DNA of 57,628 bases from a virus (IMGVR_UViG_3300048833_000443:1-57628), one strand, 5' to 3'. Positions 35,288 to 45,692 are shown, counted from the first letter of the stretch. Numbers and translations are program-made. Notes: generated by a model from the letters alone, not told the origin.

Positions 35288-35691
35288 GGGATGCTCCTGT
35301 ACGTTGGGTCTTCGAGACAGTGTTCGTAGCGGACCTCGAGCGGGCCAAGCGCCGCAAGCTTCCGCTCAGCGTCCTTCTGAGCGGCGTCCGAGCTGGACTG
35401 AGTAACCAACACCCGGAACTGCTCCAAGGTGACTGCAAGCTCGTACGACCTGCAATCGGAGACCGCTGCGGTCGCGGTGGTGGCCGACTGGTCACGAGCC
35501 GTGAGCCACCACCCACTTGCGCAGACGATCAGAGCGACGGTGAGGATCAGGTTCACGCCCATGCTGCGGAACAGAGCCTGCTCCAGCTTGCGGACGGAAG
35601 CGAAGGTGTGGTCGAGGCTCGGGCGCTTGGGTCCATCACCGTCGAGCGTGCTCTTGCGAGGCGTCACACGGGTGGCCTTACGGAAGCTCAT
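35284..35691 (-). CDS. Membrane protein of the lysis module
   Basis: One TM helix, two extracytoplasmic Cys. Confidence 0.65.
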   Translation of the reverse strand: MSFRKATRVTPRKSTLDGDGPKRPSLDHTFASVRKLEQALFRSMGVNLILTVALIVCASGWWLTARDQSATTATAAVSDCRSYELAVTLEQFRVLVTQSSSDAAQKDAERKLAALGPLEVRYEHCLEDPTYRSIP

Positions 35692-35980
35692 GCTCTTGCT
35701 CCTTCTCCTTGTAGATCCGGTGCAAGGCATCTGTGATCCCTTGTGCCAGCTTGGCGGTGAAGTCTGAGAGCAGAAGGTCGACTTGCGCTTGCAGAGCACG
35801 GAGCTCAGTCTCGAGCTCCTCCACCTTGTCCGACTTGGCTTCGTAGAGCTGCCGGTACGTCTCGGTGAGCTCACGACGACGCTTGTCGTAGACGCTTACC
35901 GCCGCTCCACCAACGGCGATGCCACCAAGCACGAAGCTGACCACATCGCCAGCGGAGATCTCAATCGCGAACAGCAGCAC
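35678..35980 (-). CDS. Membrane protein with coiled coil (lysis module)
   Basis: N-terminal TM helix followed by heptads. Confidence 0.7.
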   Translation of the reverse strand: MLLFAIEISAGDVVSFVLGGIAVGGAAVSVYDKRRRELTETYRQLYEAKSDKVEELETELRALQAQVDLLLSDFTAKLAQGITDALHRIYKEKEQEHELP

Positions 35981-36021
35981 CTTCGGTCTGCCCTTTCCTC
36001 AAGGTGTACGGGTCGTGTGAG

Positions 36022-36963
36022 CTACTGCTTGGTCTTCTGCGCGTGCTTGATGCTGAGCACCAGCGCCGTGATCTCATCGGCATCCGGGAAGTCGTCGATC
36101 CACTCCGGATCGACCACTGGGATCTTGGCGGTGTTGGGAGCCCCTGGCCACGGCATGATGAGGCCAGCGACGAGGAGAAGCTTCAGCTCCTCCTTCTCCA
36201 CGTGGGTCTTGCCGTTGCCGTTGAACACGAACACCCGGCCGTCGGACTTGCGTCGGACGACGCCGAAGTCGGCGCCGGCCTTCGCGATCCGATCGCCGAG
36301 CCGCTGCTCCACGCGACCCAGGGCGGCGATGATGTCTTCCTTGTCTCCCACTTGCAGGCCCTCCTTAGGCTTCGTTCCGGTCCTCGAGATGAGGGCCGGC
36401 AGGACGATCTCGTTCCACTGGCGGATGCGCTCGAGCCCCGGGCACTGCTTGCCTCGGCTCGAGTACGGGATCCATGGCGTCGGGCCGGTCCCCCACATGG
36501 AGTGGTAGCCCAGGCCGCGACCTTGGCCTCCGGTCGCGCGCTGCGGCTTGATCCCGTGGGTCTCGAACAGCCAGTGGTGCGTCATGATGAGCATCTCGAT
36601 CTGCTCATCGGTCCACGGGTCACGGTTGAAGGCCGCCGCCCCCTCACCACCACGGTACGCGGCGATGGTGGCTTCCTTGGAGTTCTCGGTCTCGATCGAC
36701 ACGAAGCCCCAGGCGACTCCATCCTCGTACCAGAGGTTGCCCTTGTAGTTCGCGTCGGCTCGCACCTCGGTGTCGATGTACTGCTCGAGGATGCCCGTGA
36801 GGCCGATCCACAGTGTGGACTCCAGGTTGCTGCCCGTGAGCCAGTAGTTGTAGAGCGAGCCGGTACCTGCCTGGGTGTGGTCGATGGCGCCGGCAACGCG
36901 GATGCGAGTCTGCGTGGCGTTCTCAGGAAGCAGTCGCTTGTGAGCGAACGGGATCAGTGCCAT
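36022..36963 (-). CDS. Endolysin, N-acetylmuramoyl-L-alanine amidase
   Basis: Zn-amidase pattern DHT, SIETE, GYH, KQCPG. Confidence 0.88.
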   Translation of the reverse strand: MALIPFAHKRLLPENATQTRIRVAGAIDHTQAGTGSLYNYWLTGSNLESTLWIGLTGILEQYIDTEVRADANYKGNLWYEDGVAWGFVSIETENSKEATIAAYRGGEGAAAFNRDPWTDEQIEMLIMTHHWLFETHGIKPQRATGGQGRGLGYHSMWGTGPTPWIPYSSRGKQCPGLERIRQWNEIVLPALISRTGTKPKEGLQVGDKEDIIAALGRVEQRLGDRIAKAGADFGVVRRKSDGRVFVFNGNGKTHVEKEELKLLLVAGLIMPWPGAPNTAKIPVVDPEWIDDFPDADEITALVLSIKHAQKTKQ

Positions 36964-37008
36964 GGGTGGTCTCCTCTCACAAGTCCTAGTCTACCTCATG
37001 TGACCGGT

Positions 37009-38223
37009 TCATCGCCGACCACCGCGACGAATGGCTCGGCCCATCGACAACGGCGGAGCGCCAACGGAGATCGTTGACTCGCTGTCTTCGAAGTCGACGT
37101 GCGACGTCAGATCGATGAGGCTGCCCCCGTTGTGTCGGTTGTCGTACCACACGGACATCCCATCGGTTACGGGCCACGTCACCTCGTTCACACGAAGCGC
37201 AACCGGGTAGATGTACTGCCCCTGGTACACGATCGGGTTGTTCAGGTTGAAGAGTCCGTCATCGACGTCCCAGACCCAGATCGTGCTCCCGGGTTCGACT
37301 CGAGCAGTCACGTTGAACTCTCGTGTTGAGATGCTCACCTCACGTGACGTGAAGTCGCGCTGGTTCAGCTCAAGCTCAGCGTCGGACATCGCGTCTTCTT
37401 CGGCGTCCTCCGTGGTCGTTGCCTCACTGCTTGGCCCCTGCTTCACCAGGGTCAGAGGAAGCGTGTCACCCAGAGGGTTCTTGTACGTCCACGTCGCGTA
37501 GGCCGTCTGAAGCGTGGTTCGCTCGACCCGCTTGTCATCGGAGTCGAGGTACGACCAGTCGGTGATGGACGTGACTCGGAAGAGCCGATCACGAGTCGAC
37601 TGCGCGAGGGAGAGCTCGACGTCCGTGAGGCCGTCGACCGCCAAGCTTCGGCCGCCTCGGCGGACGGCCAGCGGGATGGCATCTGGGACCGGCCACAGCT
37701 CGGACTGGTACCCGATGTCCAGGGTGAGATCCGGGTTCACCCGGTAGACGACGCCGAACTTGGGGCAGATCCACGTGTCGAGGATGGTCTTGGGAGTCTT
37801 TCGTCGGAAGCCGCCCTTCTTCTTCACAGAGCTGTCTGGGCCGCCAACGAAGCCGGCGGTCAGGCCCGTGCCGAAGTCATCGAGGATTGTGTCCAGCCAC
37901 CCGCCTAGCGCGCCGTTAGATGTCCCGTTCTTTGAGATGGTGTCGAGGGTCATCGGACCGGTCTGTTCGACGCCATCGCTCGACTCTCCGAGGTACCACG
38001 TCGCGCTTGCGCCGCCGATCGTGAACCGGTCGTTGCGATCGAGAAGAACGCCTGTGAACGCTCCAGGAGCGGAGTCGACCTGCCCGCCTTGGATCCGCTG
38101 CGGGTACACACGGATCAGGCTGTACCATCCGTTGTCGAGCACGCGTGAGATGCTCCCGGGGAGGCTCTCACGCAGCGGGATCGTGAACGAGCCCCAGCCC
38201 ATGTGAACTTGCGTGATGGTCAT
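37009..38223 (-). CDS. Minor tail protein
   Basis: 404 aa, beta-rich, second gene after the tape measure gene. Confidence 0.7.
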   Translation of the reverse strand: MTITQVHMGWGSFTIPLRESLPGSISRVLDNGWYSLIRVYPQRIQGGQVDSAPGAFTGVLLDRNDRFTIGGASATWYLGESSDGVEQTGPMTLDTISKNGTSNGALGGWLDTILDDFGTGLTAGFVGGPDSSVKKKGGFRRKTPKTILDTWICPKFGVVYRVNPDLTLDIGYQSELWPVPDAIPLAVRRGGRSLAVDGLTDVELSLAQSTRDRLFRVTSITDWSYLDSDDKRVERTTLQTAYATWTYKNPLGDTLPLTLVKQGPSSEATTTEDAEEDAMSDAELELNQRDFTSREVSISTREFNVTARVEPGSTIWVWDVDDGLFNLNNPIVYQGQYIYPVALRVNEVTWPVTDGMSVWYDNRHNGGSLIDLTSHVDFEDSESTISVGAPPLSMGRAIRRGGRR

Positions 38224-40244
38224 CGGAGCACCGCTCTCACGTTCTCAGTCACGCCGGCGTACCACTGGTCGATGATGTCCTGCGACGACGGTGTGAACGC
38301 GTCGGCGTACCACCCGAAGGCCACCTGCAGCGAGTCGACGGCCGTGGTCATGTAGAACCCGGGTTGGCCCGAGACCACTCGCGTCGCCGGGTACGTGGTC
38401 ACGGCGAGAACGCGCGTGCCGTCGGAGTTCGCGGTGGTCTGCACGAGGCCGTTGCCGGTCCGCGTGCTGCAGGCGATCGTTGAGCCTGCCCTCAGTCCCC
38501 AGTCGCGGACGTTCGGAGCGTCGACTGTAAGATCGACCAGCGATGAACCTCGGCGAAGACTGAGCGTCATGTCCATCGACTCGAAGCTCGAGTTCGATTG
38601 AATGCCGAGGCGGACCACGCAAGCCTCCGGCGAGTTGCGAATCACGGACGCCGACACGATGCGAAGAGCAGCCGGGTACGTTGCGTTCTCAACATCCGTG
38701 ACGAACCACTCGACGGGCAGGGACCAGTCCTCTCCGTTCCACATGGACGTGAGGAAGGACACGCGATCCGCGATGTACATCGGCCAGACACGGACAAGCC
38801 CGTTGCTGAGCTCCCAGCCGAACGTAGAGAGCCCGGCGTTGGTGCCAACGACCGTGTAGCGGTCGAACGCGAGCTCCTCAACGACGGGAGAGATCGTGAC
38901 CGACCCATGTCCTCTCGACCAACCGCTTGCGCGGGTCAGCGACGTCACAGCCGGGTCGAGGTAGCTCGACCCGCCGCCGCCGTCACCAGCCGGCTTGAAG
39001 TTCTGTCCCGTGGCGCCACCGCCACCACCGTAGTAGCCGCCGCCGCCGCCGCCGGCGCCGTAGAACTCGAGCCGAGGTGCTGACGCTCCGTTGCCGCCAA
39101 CCCGAAGCGCGCCACTTGCTCCGTTGTTCCCAGCCCACCAGCCGAACGGGTACGTCCCGCCTGATCCACCAGCCGACTCTGACCCGGGGCGACCAGTCGT
39201 CGTGGAACTTGAGATGTGCGAGCCCGCTGGGTAGCCGGCGTTCCCAGGAGTGCCCGTTGCCGTCTTTCGGATGTCGTGCCCACCAACGCCACCGCCGCCG
39301 CCAGCAACGATCACGCGATCCGCGCTTGTGCTGCCGCCCTGTCGGATGTCCGTGCCACCGCCACCGCCCCAGCCGTCGCCGTTCGTACCGTACCCGTTGC
39401 GGTCGATCGACCCTGCGCCGCCCTGTCCACCACCGTTCCAGCCGCCGCCGTCGATTCGACCACGGCCGCCAACGTAGAGACGCAGAGTCTCACCAGGAGT
39501 CACGTCGAGAACGCACTGGATGATGTCACCAAGGCCACCAGCTCGCTTGTGAGATCCGCCGCCTTCTGCACCGCGAGCCTCAATGAGCAGCTGGTACGTG
39601 TCATCCGGCACGACGTACTCCTGCACATCGCCAACGAACGTGAACACCTCTGTGGGGATCTCACTCGTGCTGCCAGTCCGGATCCGACTCGAGCCCGCGT
39701 ACCAATCACGGGGTGAGCACGTCCAGCGAGTGAAGTCGTTCAAGAACCCGTTCGTCCCGTTCGAGTACACCCGCACAGGGCCGTCGGCGGTGGCTCGGAG
39801 ATCTTGTGTGGTGGCGGGGCCGAACCCGGTTGCACCTTCGGGCACGGCTTCCCAGCCGACGCAGTTCGTGATCGTGTGGAAGTTCGGTCGCACGGTGCCG
39901 AGGAGTCGCGCCTCGAACAGGGGGGACACGTACCCGTTGATGCGGGTGACGCTCAGCTGGAACTTGATGAACCCGATGACAAGCGATCCTGGTCCCATTG
40001 AGACACGGACGTCGTTCACGGTGTAGAAGCCGTTCATGTACGGCTCCTCGTCGTAGATGAGCGGGAACACGAGCTCGTTCGGGTTGTCCTTCAGCCCGAG
40101 GAGCTGCTCCCGGATCTGGATGACCCGCTCACCGCCACGATAAGGGATCATGCCTTCGATCTGCAGCGAGTCGCCGTTGAAGTCGACGGCCGCCACGTTG
40201 GTCATCTCGTAGTCGACTCCGACTCGACCGAACTTGAAGCTCAT
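38220..40244 (-). CDS. Minor tail protein with an inserted glycine-rich domain
   Basis: Follows the tape measure gene; GAEGGG, GGGGGTD, IVAGGGGG, GGGGGGYYGGGGG, GGGGSSY. Confidence 0.8.
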   Translation of the reverse strand: MSFKFGRVGVDYEMTNVAAVDFNGDSLQIEGMIPYRGGERVIQIREQLLGLKDNPNELVFPLIYDEEPYMNGFYTVNDVRVSMGPGSLVIGFIKFQLSVTRINGYVSPLFEARLLGTVRPNFHTITNCVGWEAVPEGATGFGPATTQDLRATADGPVRVYSNGTNGFLNDFTRWTCSPRDWYAGSSRIRTGSTSEIPTEVFTFVGDVQEYVVPDDTYQLLIEARGAEGGGSHKRAGGLGDIIQCVLDVTPGETLRLYVGGRGRIDGGGWNGGGQGGAGSIDRNGYGTNGDGWGGGGGTDIRQGGSTSADRVIVAGGGGGVGGHDIRKTATGTPGNAGYPAGSHISSSTTTGRPGSESAGGSGGTYPFGWWAGNNGASGALRVGGNGASAPRLEFYGAGGGGGGYYGGGGGATGQNFKPAGDGGGGSSYLDPAVTSLTRASGWSRGHGSVTISPVVEELAFDRYTVVGTNAGLSTFGWELSNGLVRVWPMYIADRVSFLTSMWNGEDWSLPVEWFVTDVENATYPAALRIVSASVIRNSPEACVVRLGIQSNSSFESMDMTLSLRRGSSLVDLTVDAPNVRDWGLRAGSTIACSTRTGNGLVQTTANSDGTRVLAVTTYPATRVVSGQPGFYMTTAVDSLQVAFGWYADAFTPSSQDIIDQWYAGVTENVRAVLR

Positions 40245-43200
40245 CGTCGCGCGTCCTCTCCGGCGCGGACCGCGCCAGTGAATCGTCCGTAGTTCTTGGT
40301 GATCGACTTGGACACACCGTCGTCGATCGCTCGCTGCAGGTCTTCCACGCCGTAGACGTTGCCGACGATCGTGACGTCGGTCTTGAAGGTGGCAGGCCCA
40401 CCGCCGACCGCGACGTCGCGGGAGATCGGCTGGTACCGCGTAGGCCCGTTCACGAGACCGTTGCGAGCGGCGGTGTACTTGGCCCGCTTCACGACGTCGA
40501 GCCCGTACCAGTCTGCCAGCGTTCGGATGATCGGGATGGATCGCTCAGGTCGTCCGTTCTTGGGAACGAACCCCTCGCCGCCGGTCTCAGGCTCCGCGTA
40601 CTTGTACCGCGTTCCACGTGCGATGTGCGCAGGCGTGACTCCGCCCTTCGCGAACGCGAAGACGTTGCCCCAGCGGCTGCCGACCGTCGCCCTACGAGTG
40701 GCGGCACGCTGGGCGGCTCCATCGTTCGAAGTCACGACACGGATCGTTGCGATGCGTTCCCGGGTCAGTCGTCCGAGGATGCCTTCTGCCTCAGCTTGCC
40801 CAGAGACTTGCACGCGAGCATTCGCTGTGTCGGTTCGTCGTCCCCAGGCTCGCGCCCACCCGGTCAGCGTCTCGAAGTCAAGCTCCGCGATCGCTGTGGC
40901 GACGTCGGCCTGCGCCTCAGGGTGCAGAGCTGCGTACTCCATGAGCTCGCCCTTGATGAACTCCACCTGCTCATCAGCCGACGCAGTCTCCAAGTACGCG
41001 ATCGCAGTCGGGTCCGTGGCGACGATCGACGTGAGGGTCTGGAAGACGCGGGTCGAGGCCTCCGAGAGCTGTGACGTGTCCAGGTTCATGTACGCGGTCC
41101 ACAGCGAGCCGTCCCCGATCAGAGAGACGAGGTACTGCATCTTCCCCTGCGCGTCGAGTGATTCGAAGTACGCCTGCGTCGTGGGGTTCGAGTTCACGTA
41201 CTCGAGTGCGATGTCACGGAGGGTTGCGAACTTCTCAGCAGGGTCTGAGATGTTGGCTGCGACGTCGATGCGAGGATCTGCGTCGGACCACTCGCGGATG
41301 TTCGTGTTGATGCGCTCGAGCTCCTCTCGGAACTCCTTGGCCTTCTTAGCGTCGATCTTGGGATCCACGACCTGGCCGTTGACGCGATTGACGACGATGC
41401 CGTACTCGTCGGCGATCCGCTCAACCTCAGAGATCGAGAGCCCGACCGCAGATGCGATCGACTCGGAGCTCGTGTTGGCGCCTTCCTCCATCGTGAGGAG
41501 CGAGATCTCCATGGCCTTCGCAGCGTCCATGGCGACGGTCTGCGAATCAGACGTCGTGGCGCGGTGCGTGATGCGCGCCATCTCGATGAGTCGACTGTTC
41601 GCCGCGCTCAGAGCAGCTTCGGCTCCGTTCACGAGCTCCATCATGCGCCCGGTGGAGTCAGAGACGATGTCCTCGAGGAGAGCGCCAGCTTCGGCAGGAC
41701 CAGCCGTCAGAGCTCGCTTGACGAAGTTCGGATCGACCCCCATCTGGATCGCCTTGGAGATGTTGTCACCGAACTCCTGCGTGTCCTCGATCGCGGTGTC
41801 GTACCACAGCCGCAGGTTCTTGAAGCCGCCCGTGCCATCCTTCCCGAACTGGGCGATGACATCTTGCGACTTGGTCAGCCCCTTCGCAACCTCGTCCAGG
41901 AAGTCGGTCTCAGCCTTGGCAGCTGCTTCCATCTCCTCCACCGCCAAGTCAGAGAAGGCTTTCATCTCCTGTGAGTTGCGGCCCAGGCGTTCGCCGTGCT
42001 TCTCCAGCGCCTCGTCCGCCTTCAGCAGCATCGTCTCCACCGTCATGAACGACCCACCCAGGTCGATCTTGTTGCGATCGGCGAAGTTGGCAGCCTCGTT
42101 CGCGGTCATCCCGAACGCGTCTGCGAGAAGCTTGGTGTTGTGTCGCAGGACCTCTTCGCGTCGAACGTTCTTGGCCTGCTGCTCCTCGAGCTCCTCGAGG
42201 CGCTTACGAGACTCGGTGATGCCGTTCGACTCCCACGGGTTCGCAAGCTGGCTCAACTCACGCAGCGCGTTGAAGCCGTTGTCGCTACCTGCGAGTTCAC
42301 GCAGCCGGTCGATCTCATCACCCGTTGCCGCGACCGCTTCCTTGACAGACCACAAGCTGTTCGGGTCGATGTTGAGAGCCTCACGGAACTCCTTCGCCCA
42401 GGTCTTGGCCTTCCCCTCCTCGTTCGCCATCGCTCGACCAACACCGACGACTGCGACCGTGAACGCCGCGACAGCAGCCGTGATGGGGGTGAGGCCGGTC
42501 AGCCCGCCGAGTCCTGCGAAGAACTTCCCTGCGCCACCCGCGCCGCTTGCGCCTGCGGCGGCGGCTGCCTCGGTGAACATCAGCTTCGCGAACGCTGCTT
42601 GGTACGCGGCACGCTGCCACAGCGCAGCAAGGGCTGTGAGCCCAGCACCGCCGGCAGACGCCGCCTTCATGACGCCGAGAGTCACGACGACCGCCATGAC
42701 GACGCCGTCGAACCGGTTCGCCATGTCAGCTGCGAACGAGAAGGTCTTCCCAAGCGCGGTGAGCACACCCAGGATCGCCCCACCGGCCATGGTGAGTAGG
42801 AGCTCAGCGGTTGGTGCGATGGCCTCCCACACGTCCTGGGCCGCTTCCCAGAGGTCCTCGAACCCGCTCACCATGTCGTCGACGAACGGCGCGAGAGCCT
42901 CACTCGCGGTGCTCACCATGTTCCCGATGCCCTCACCCAAGGACTTGAGCCCGTCGAGTAGGGACAGGAGCGCGGGCAGCGCTGCGGACCCGATGGAGAT
43001 GGCGCCGGAGTTCAGCCAGTTCACGAAGATCTGCCACTGGTACGACAGCGCCTTCATCTGCTCCTCGAGCGCTTCACGCATCGCGCCTTGGCCTTCGTCG
43101 GCCCTCGCGATCCGCTCACTCGTACGAGCGTAGTTCTCGCCATCGGCTGCCATCAGAGCGAACGCACCACGCGCGGCTCGAACCTCTGGGAAGAGCTCAA

Positions 43201-44059
43201 GGAGTGCCGTGACGTTGCCGCCGGTGGTCTCACGCAGCTTCTCCATGACACCACGGAGTCCGAGTGCTCCGAGAGCAGCCTCACCAGAAGCGTAACCCCA
43301 CTCGGTGAAGGTGGCTCCGAGGGTCTCACTCGGATCGAGCAAGTCGGTGATCAGCCGGTTCAGGCTCGTGCTGGACTCTGCGGTGTTGATGCCGGCGAGA
43401 GTCATGGCCGCCAGAGCGGCGGTCGTCTCTTCGATCGAGATGTTCGCCGCCGCCGCGATGCCAACGTAGTCGCCCAGCTGGTTGGCGAGTTCCTCGAACC
43501 GCATGACGCCCACGTCGACGCCGGCGAACAGGACGTCGCCAACACGCGCGGCTTCGGACGCTGACATGCCGTAGGCGTTCAGCACAGCGACGATCGCCTT
43601 CGACGAAGTCATCGTGTCTGTCAGGCCTGCGGAGGCTGCGACCGCCGAAGCTTCGAGAACGGTCAGCCCTTCGGCGCCCTGGAACCCGGACGAGCTGATC
43701 TCGTACATGCCTTCGGCGAGCTCGTTCGCCGTCTGAGGAAGCGCAAGTGACATCTCTCGAACCGAGTCCGAGAGCTGGTTGAACCCTTCCTCTGAAAGCT
43801 TGGTGATCGAGTTCACGTTCCGCATCAAGCGGTCGAACTCGGTGGCCTTCGCGATCGCATACGCGAACCCTGCTGCGGCAAGGAGCCCGCCGGCCTTGGC
43901 CGCTGTCCCCCAGATCTGCATCGATCGCGAACCAGCGGACCCTGAGGTCGTGACCTTCTTGTTGAAGGAGTCGACGTCGCGGCTCGCAGCCATCAGCACA
44001 CCACGGAGCTGCGTGGCGTTGCCGGTGAGGAGGACGTTGATGTTACGTGATGCGCTCAC
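40241..44059 (-). CDS. Tape measure protein (TP901-type core)
   Basis: 1272 aa, Ala-rich and helical; FDRLMRNVNS...ELAEGMYEISSSG; follows the chaperones. Confidence 0.95.
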   Translation of the reverse strand: MSASRNINVLLTGNATQLRGVLMAASRDVDSFNKKVTTSGSAGSRSMQIWGTAAKAGGLLAAAGFAYAIAKATEFDRLMRNVNSITKLSEEGFNQLSDSVREMSLALPQTANELAEGMYEISSSGFQGAEGLTVLEASAVAASAGLTDTMTSSKAIVAVLNAYGMSASEAARVGDVLFAGVDVGVMRFEELANQLGDYVGIAAAANISIEETTAALAAMTLAGINTAESSTSLNRLITDLLDPSETLGATFTEWGYASGEAALGALGLRGVMEKLRETTGGNVTALLELFPEVRAARGAFALMAADGENYARTSERIARADEGQGAMREALEEQMKALSYQWQIFVNWLNSGAISIGSAALPALLSLLDGLKSLGEGIGNMVSTASEALAPFVDDMVSGFEDLWEAAQDVWEAIAPTAELLLTMAGGAILGVLTALGKTFSFAADMANRFDGVVMAVVVTLGVMKAASAGGAGLTALAALWQRAAYQAAFAKLMFTEAAAAAGASGAGGAGKFFAGLGGLTGLTPITAAVAAFTVAVVGVGRAMANEEGKAKTWAKEFREALNIDPNSLWSVKEAVAATGDEIDRLRELAGSDNGFNALRELSQLANPWESNGITESRKRLEELEEQQAKNVRREEVLRHNTKLLADAFGMTANEAANFADRNKIDLGGSFMTVETMLLKADEALEKHGERLGRNSQEMKAFSDLAVEEMEAAAKAETDFLDEVAKGLTKSQDVIAQFGKDGTGGFKNLRLWYDTAIEDTQEFGDNISKAIQMGVDPNFVKRALTAGPAEAGALLEDIVSDSTGRMMELVNGAEAALSAANSRLIEMARITHRATTSDSQTVAMDAAKAMEISLLTMEEGANTSSESIASAVGLSISEVERIADEYGIVVNRVNGQVVDPKIDAKKAKEFREELERINTNIREWSDADPRIDVAANISDPAEKFATLRDIALEYVNSNPTTQAYFESLDAQGKMQYLVSLIGDGSLWTAYMNLDTSQLSEASTRVFQTLTSIVATDPTAIAYLETASADEQVEFIKGELMEYAALHPEAQADVATAIAELDFETLTGWARAWGRRTDTANARVQVSGQAEAEGILGRLTRERIATIRVVTSNDGAAQRAATRRATVGSRWGNVFAFAKGGVTPAHIARGTRYKYAEPETGGEGFVPKNGRPERSIPIIRTLADWYGLDVVKRAKYTAARNGLVNGPTRYQPISRDVAVGGGPATFKTDVTIVGNVYGVEDLQRAIDDGVSKSITKNYGRFTGAVRAGEDARR

Positions 44060-44402
44060 CGCTTACCTCCTTCCTCGGCGTACTGCTCCACCTTGGCGAG
44101 CGCCACGTCCTTCGGGAGCAGCCCCACCTGCGCGCCCTTGGCTTTCGCCATGTCGTTCTCGCGCTCTTCCTCGATGCGCTGACACCCCGGGCAGATGCGG
44201 ACGTCGGCGATGTACGCGTCCTCGTCCGCCGTCCACTCTTCGGACCGCGTCCCGCAACCGGAGCAAGTCTCAGCACGGTAGCGCATGAACGCGAGTGCTT
44301 TGTCTTGGTCATCTTCGCTCCAGCCCAAGAAGGTCGAGTGTGGGACGCCGATCGGGACGCAGTACGCAAGCTGCTCAAGCAGCTCGGGATCGTCCCTCAG
44401 TC
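44056..44402 (-). CDS. Tail assembly chaperone, -1 frameshift extension (G-T type)
   Basis: Open -1 frame after the slippery site; WSEDDQDKALA...CSGCG...CPGC. Confidence 0.8.
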
Positions 44403-44957
44403 TTTTCCCCAGGTGTGGACCCGGCTCGTGCCGCAGACCGCCATGGCGGTCATCCACAACTGCATGAACTCCATCTCAGTCCACTCGTCGAGCATCTCTT
44501 CCAGCTCGTCGATCGACTCGAACCGGGGGCTGACGAGGGTGGCGTGGATCAGCGCCAGCGGAAAGGTCTCCGGGTTGAACTCCGGCTCGGACCCGGGGAG
44601 GCGCTGGTCATCGGGAGCCTTCGCCTGGTGCTCGACGAACTCGGCGATCTGCTCCTCGGTCGGCGGGTGCTGATCCATCAGCTTGCGGTACGTCTTGCGA
44701 CCGACCGCCTGGAACGTCAGGATCTCGCGGGAGGCGTCACGCTTCGCCTCAGCCTCCTTGAGCTGTTCCGCCAGCTCGGTGAGCCGATCGTTGTCGGGGT
44801 GCAGCAGCGCGCGTGCCCGCTTGACCTCCGGCTCCAAGAACGCCACCTCAGCGGAGGCCTCCTCATCGAGGTAGACCGCGAGCTTCTTGGTCGGGCGGGA
44901 CCGCTTCTTGAGCCGATCCTGCGGCTGCTTGCGAGTACGGGTGGTGGACTCTCCCAC
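44397..44957 (-). CDS. Tail assembly chaperone
   Basis: Between major tail and tape measure genes; HPPT, FNPETFP; ends WGKD*. Confidence 0.85.
   Translation of the reverse strand: MGESTTRTRKQPQDRLKKRSRPTKKLAVYLDEEASAEVAFLEPEVKRARALLHPDNDRLTELAEQLKEAEAKRDASREILTFQAVGRKTYRKLMDQHPPTEEQIAEFVEHQAKAPDDQRLPGSEPEFNPETFPLALIHATLVSPRFESIDELEEMLDEWTEMEFMQLWMTAMAVCGTSRVHTWGKD
44403..44410 (-). other. Programmed -1 ribosomal frameshift site GGGGAAAA
   Basis: TGG GGA AAA GAC TGA gives the heptamer G GGA AAA. Confidence 0.85.
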
Positions 44958-44976
44958 GGTGAACTCCTTCGTCTAA

Positions 44977-45088
44977 CCTCGGCCCGATTCCTATGAGTTG
45001 TAGTCCCCCGGGGCGAGCGGGAAACCTCATAGGATCGGACCGAGGATCGACACCCCGGATCGCTGGTCGCTACCGTAGCACGGCAGCG
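44977..45088 (-). promoter_or_regulatory. Structured intergenic region: short hairpin (45068-45088) plus a ~69-nt long hairpin (44977-45045)
   Basis: CCTCGGTCCGATCCTATGAG...CTCATAGGAATCGGGCCGAGG; CGCTGCCGT-gct-ACGGTAGCG. Confidence 0.65.
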
Positions 45089-45094
45089 CGATGA

Positions 45095-45562
45095 TCAGGT
45101 CGCAGCCGGGACGACAGCGTTCTGCTCGGGGGTGGCGGTGATGGCGAAGCCGACCATTGCCTGGGCGGGGTTGTTGCCCGTGGTGTACTCGTCGTTGAAC
45201 CCGGTCACCTTGACCGGCCACACCTCACACCGCTTGGTCGGGGTGTCGCCGTAGGGCAGGAGGAGGATGTACCCCTCGGTCCCCTTCGCGAGCGCATCGC
45301 GGATGTCGGAGTTCGTGTCATCGTCGTGGACGGTGAACGAGGAGTCCGCGACCGTGTCCTCGCCGTCGATCTGGCTGGTGAAGCGATCGGCGAGGTTGGG
45401 GGTCGGGATGGGGGAGTTGCTGAGCTGGAAGCCGTTGATCTCGGCGATGGCCGTGCTCAGATCGACGCCGGCGGAGATCTCCGCGCGGCTGGGCGAGTCG
45501 AGGTCAGCCACGTCCGGGAGGAAGTGGACCTTGCTGACACCCCGGCGGAAGAAGCGAGCCAT
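45095..45562 (-). CDS. Major tail (tube) protein
   Basis: RBS AAGGAGG; PSRAEISAGVDL...F.SQIDG...CEVWPVKV, actinophage tube type. Confidence 0.85.
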   Translation of the reverse strand: MARFFRRGVSKVHFLPDVADLDSPSRAEISAGVDLSTAIAEINGFQLSNSPIPTPNLADRFTSQIDGEDTVADSSFTVHDDDTNSDIRDALAKGTEGYILLLPYGDTPTKRCEVWPVKVTGFNDEYTTGNNPAQAMVGFAITATPEQNAVVPAAT

Positions 45563-45692
45563 GGTGGCCCTCCTTGTGTTGGTACTGCTGCTGGTGTGGA
45601 CGTCCGTCCCAGGAGTTGGCGTGCCACCGGTCGCTTACGCCTGGGAGCTCGACGCGTTCGGTGACTTCTTGGTGTCCGCTGGGCGTGGTCCC

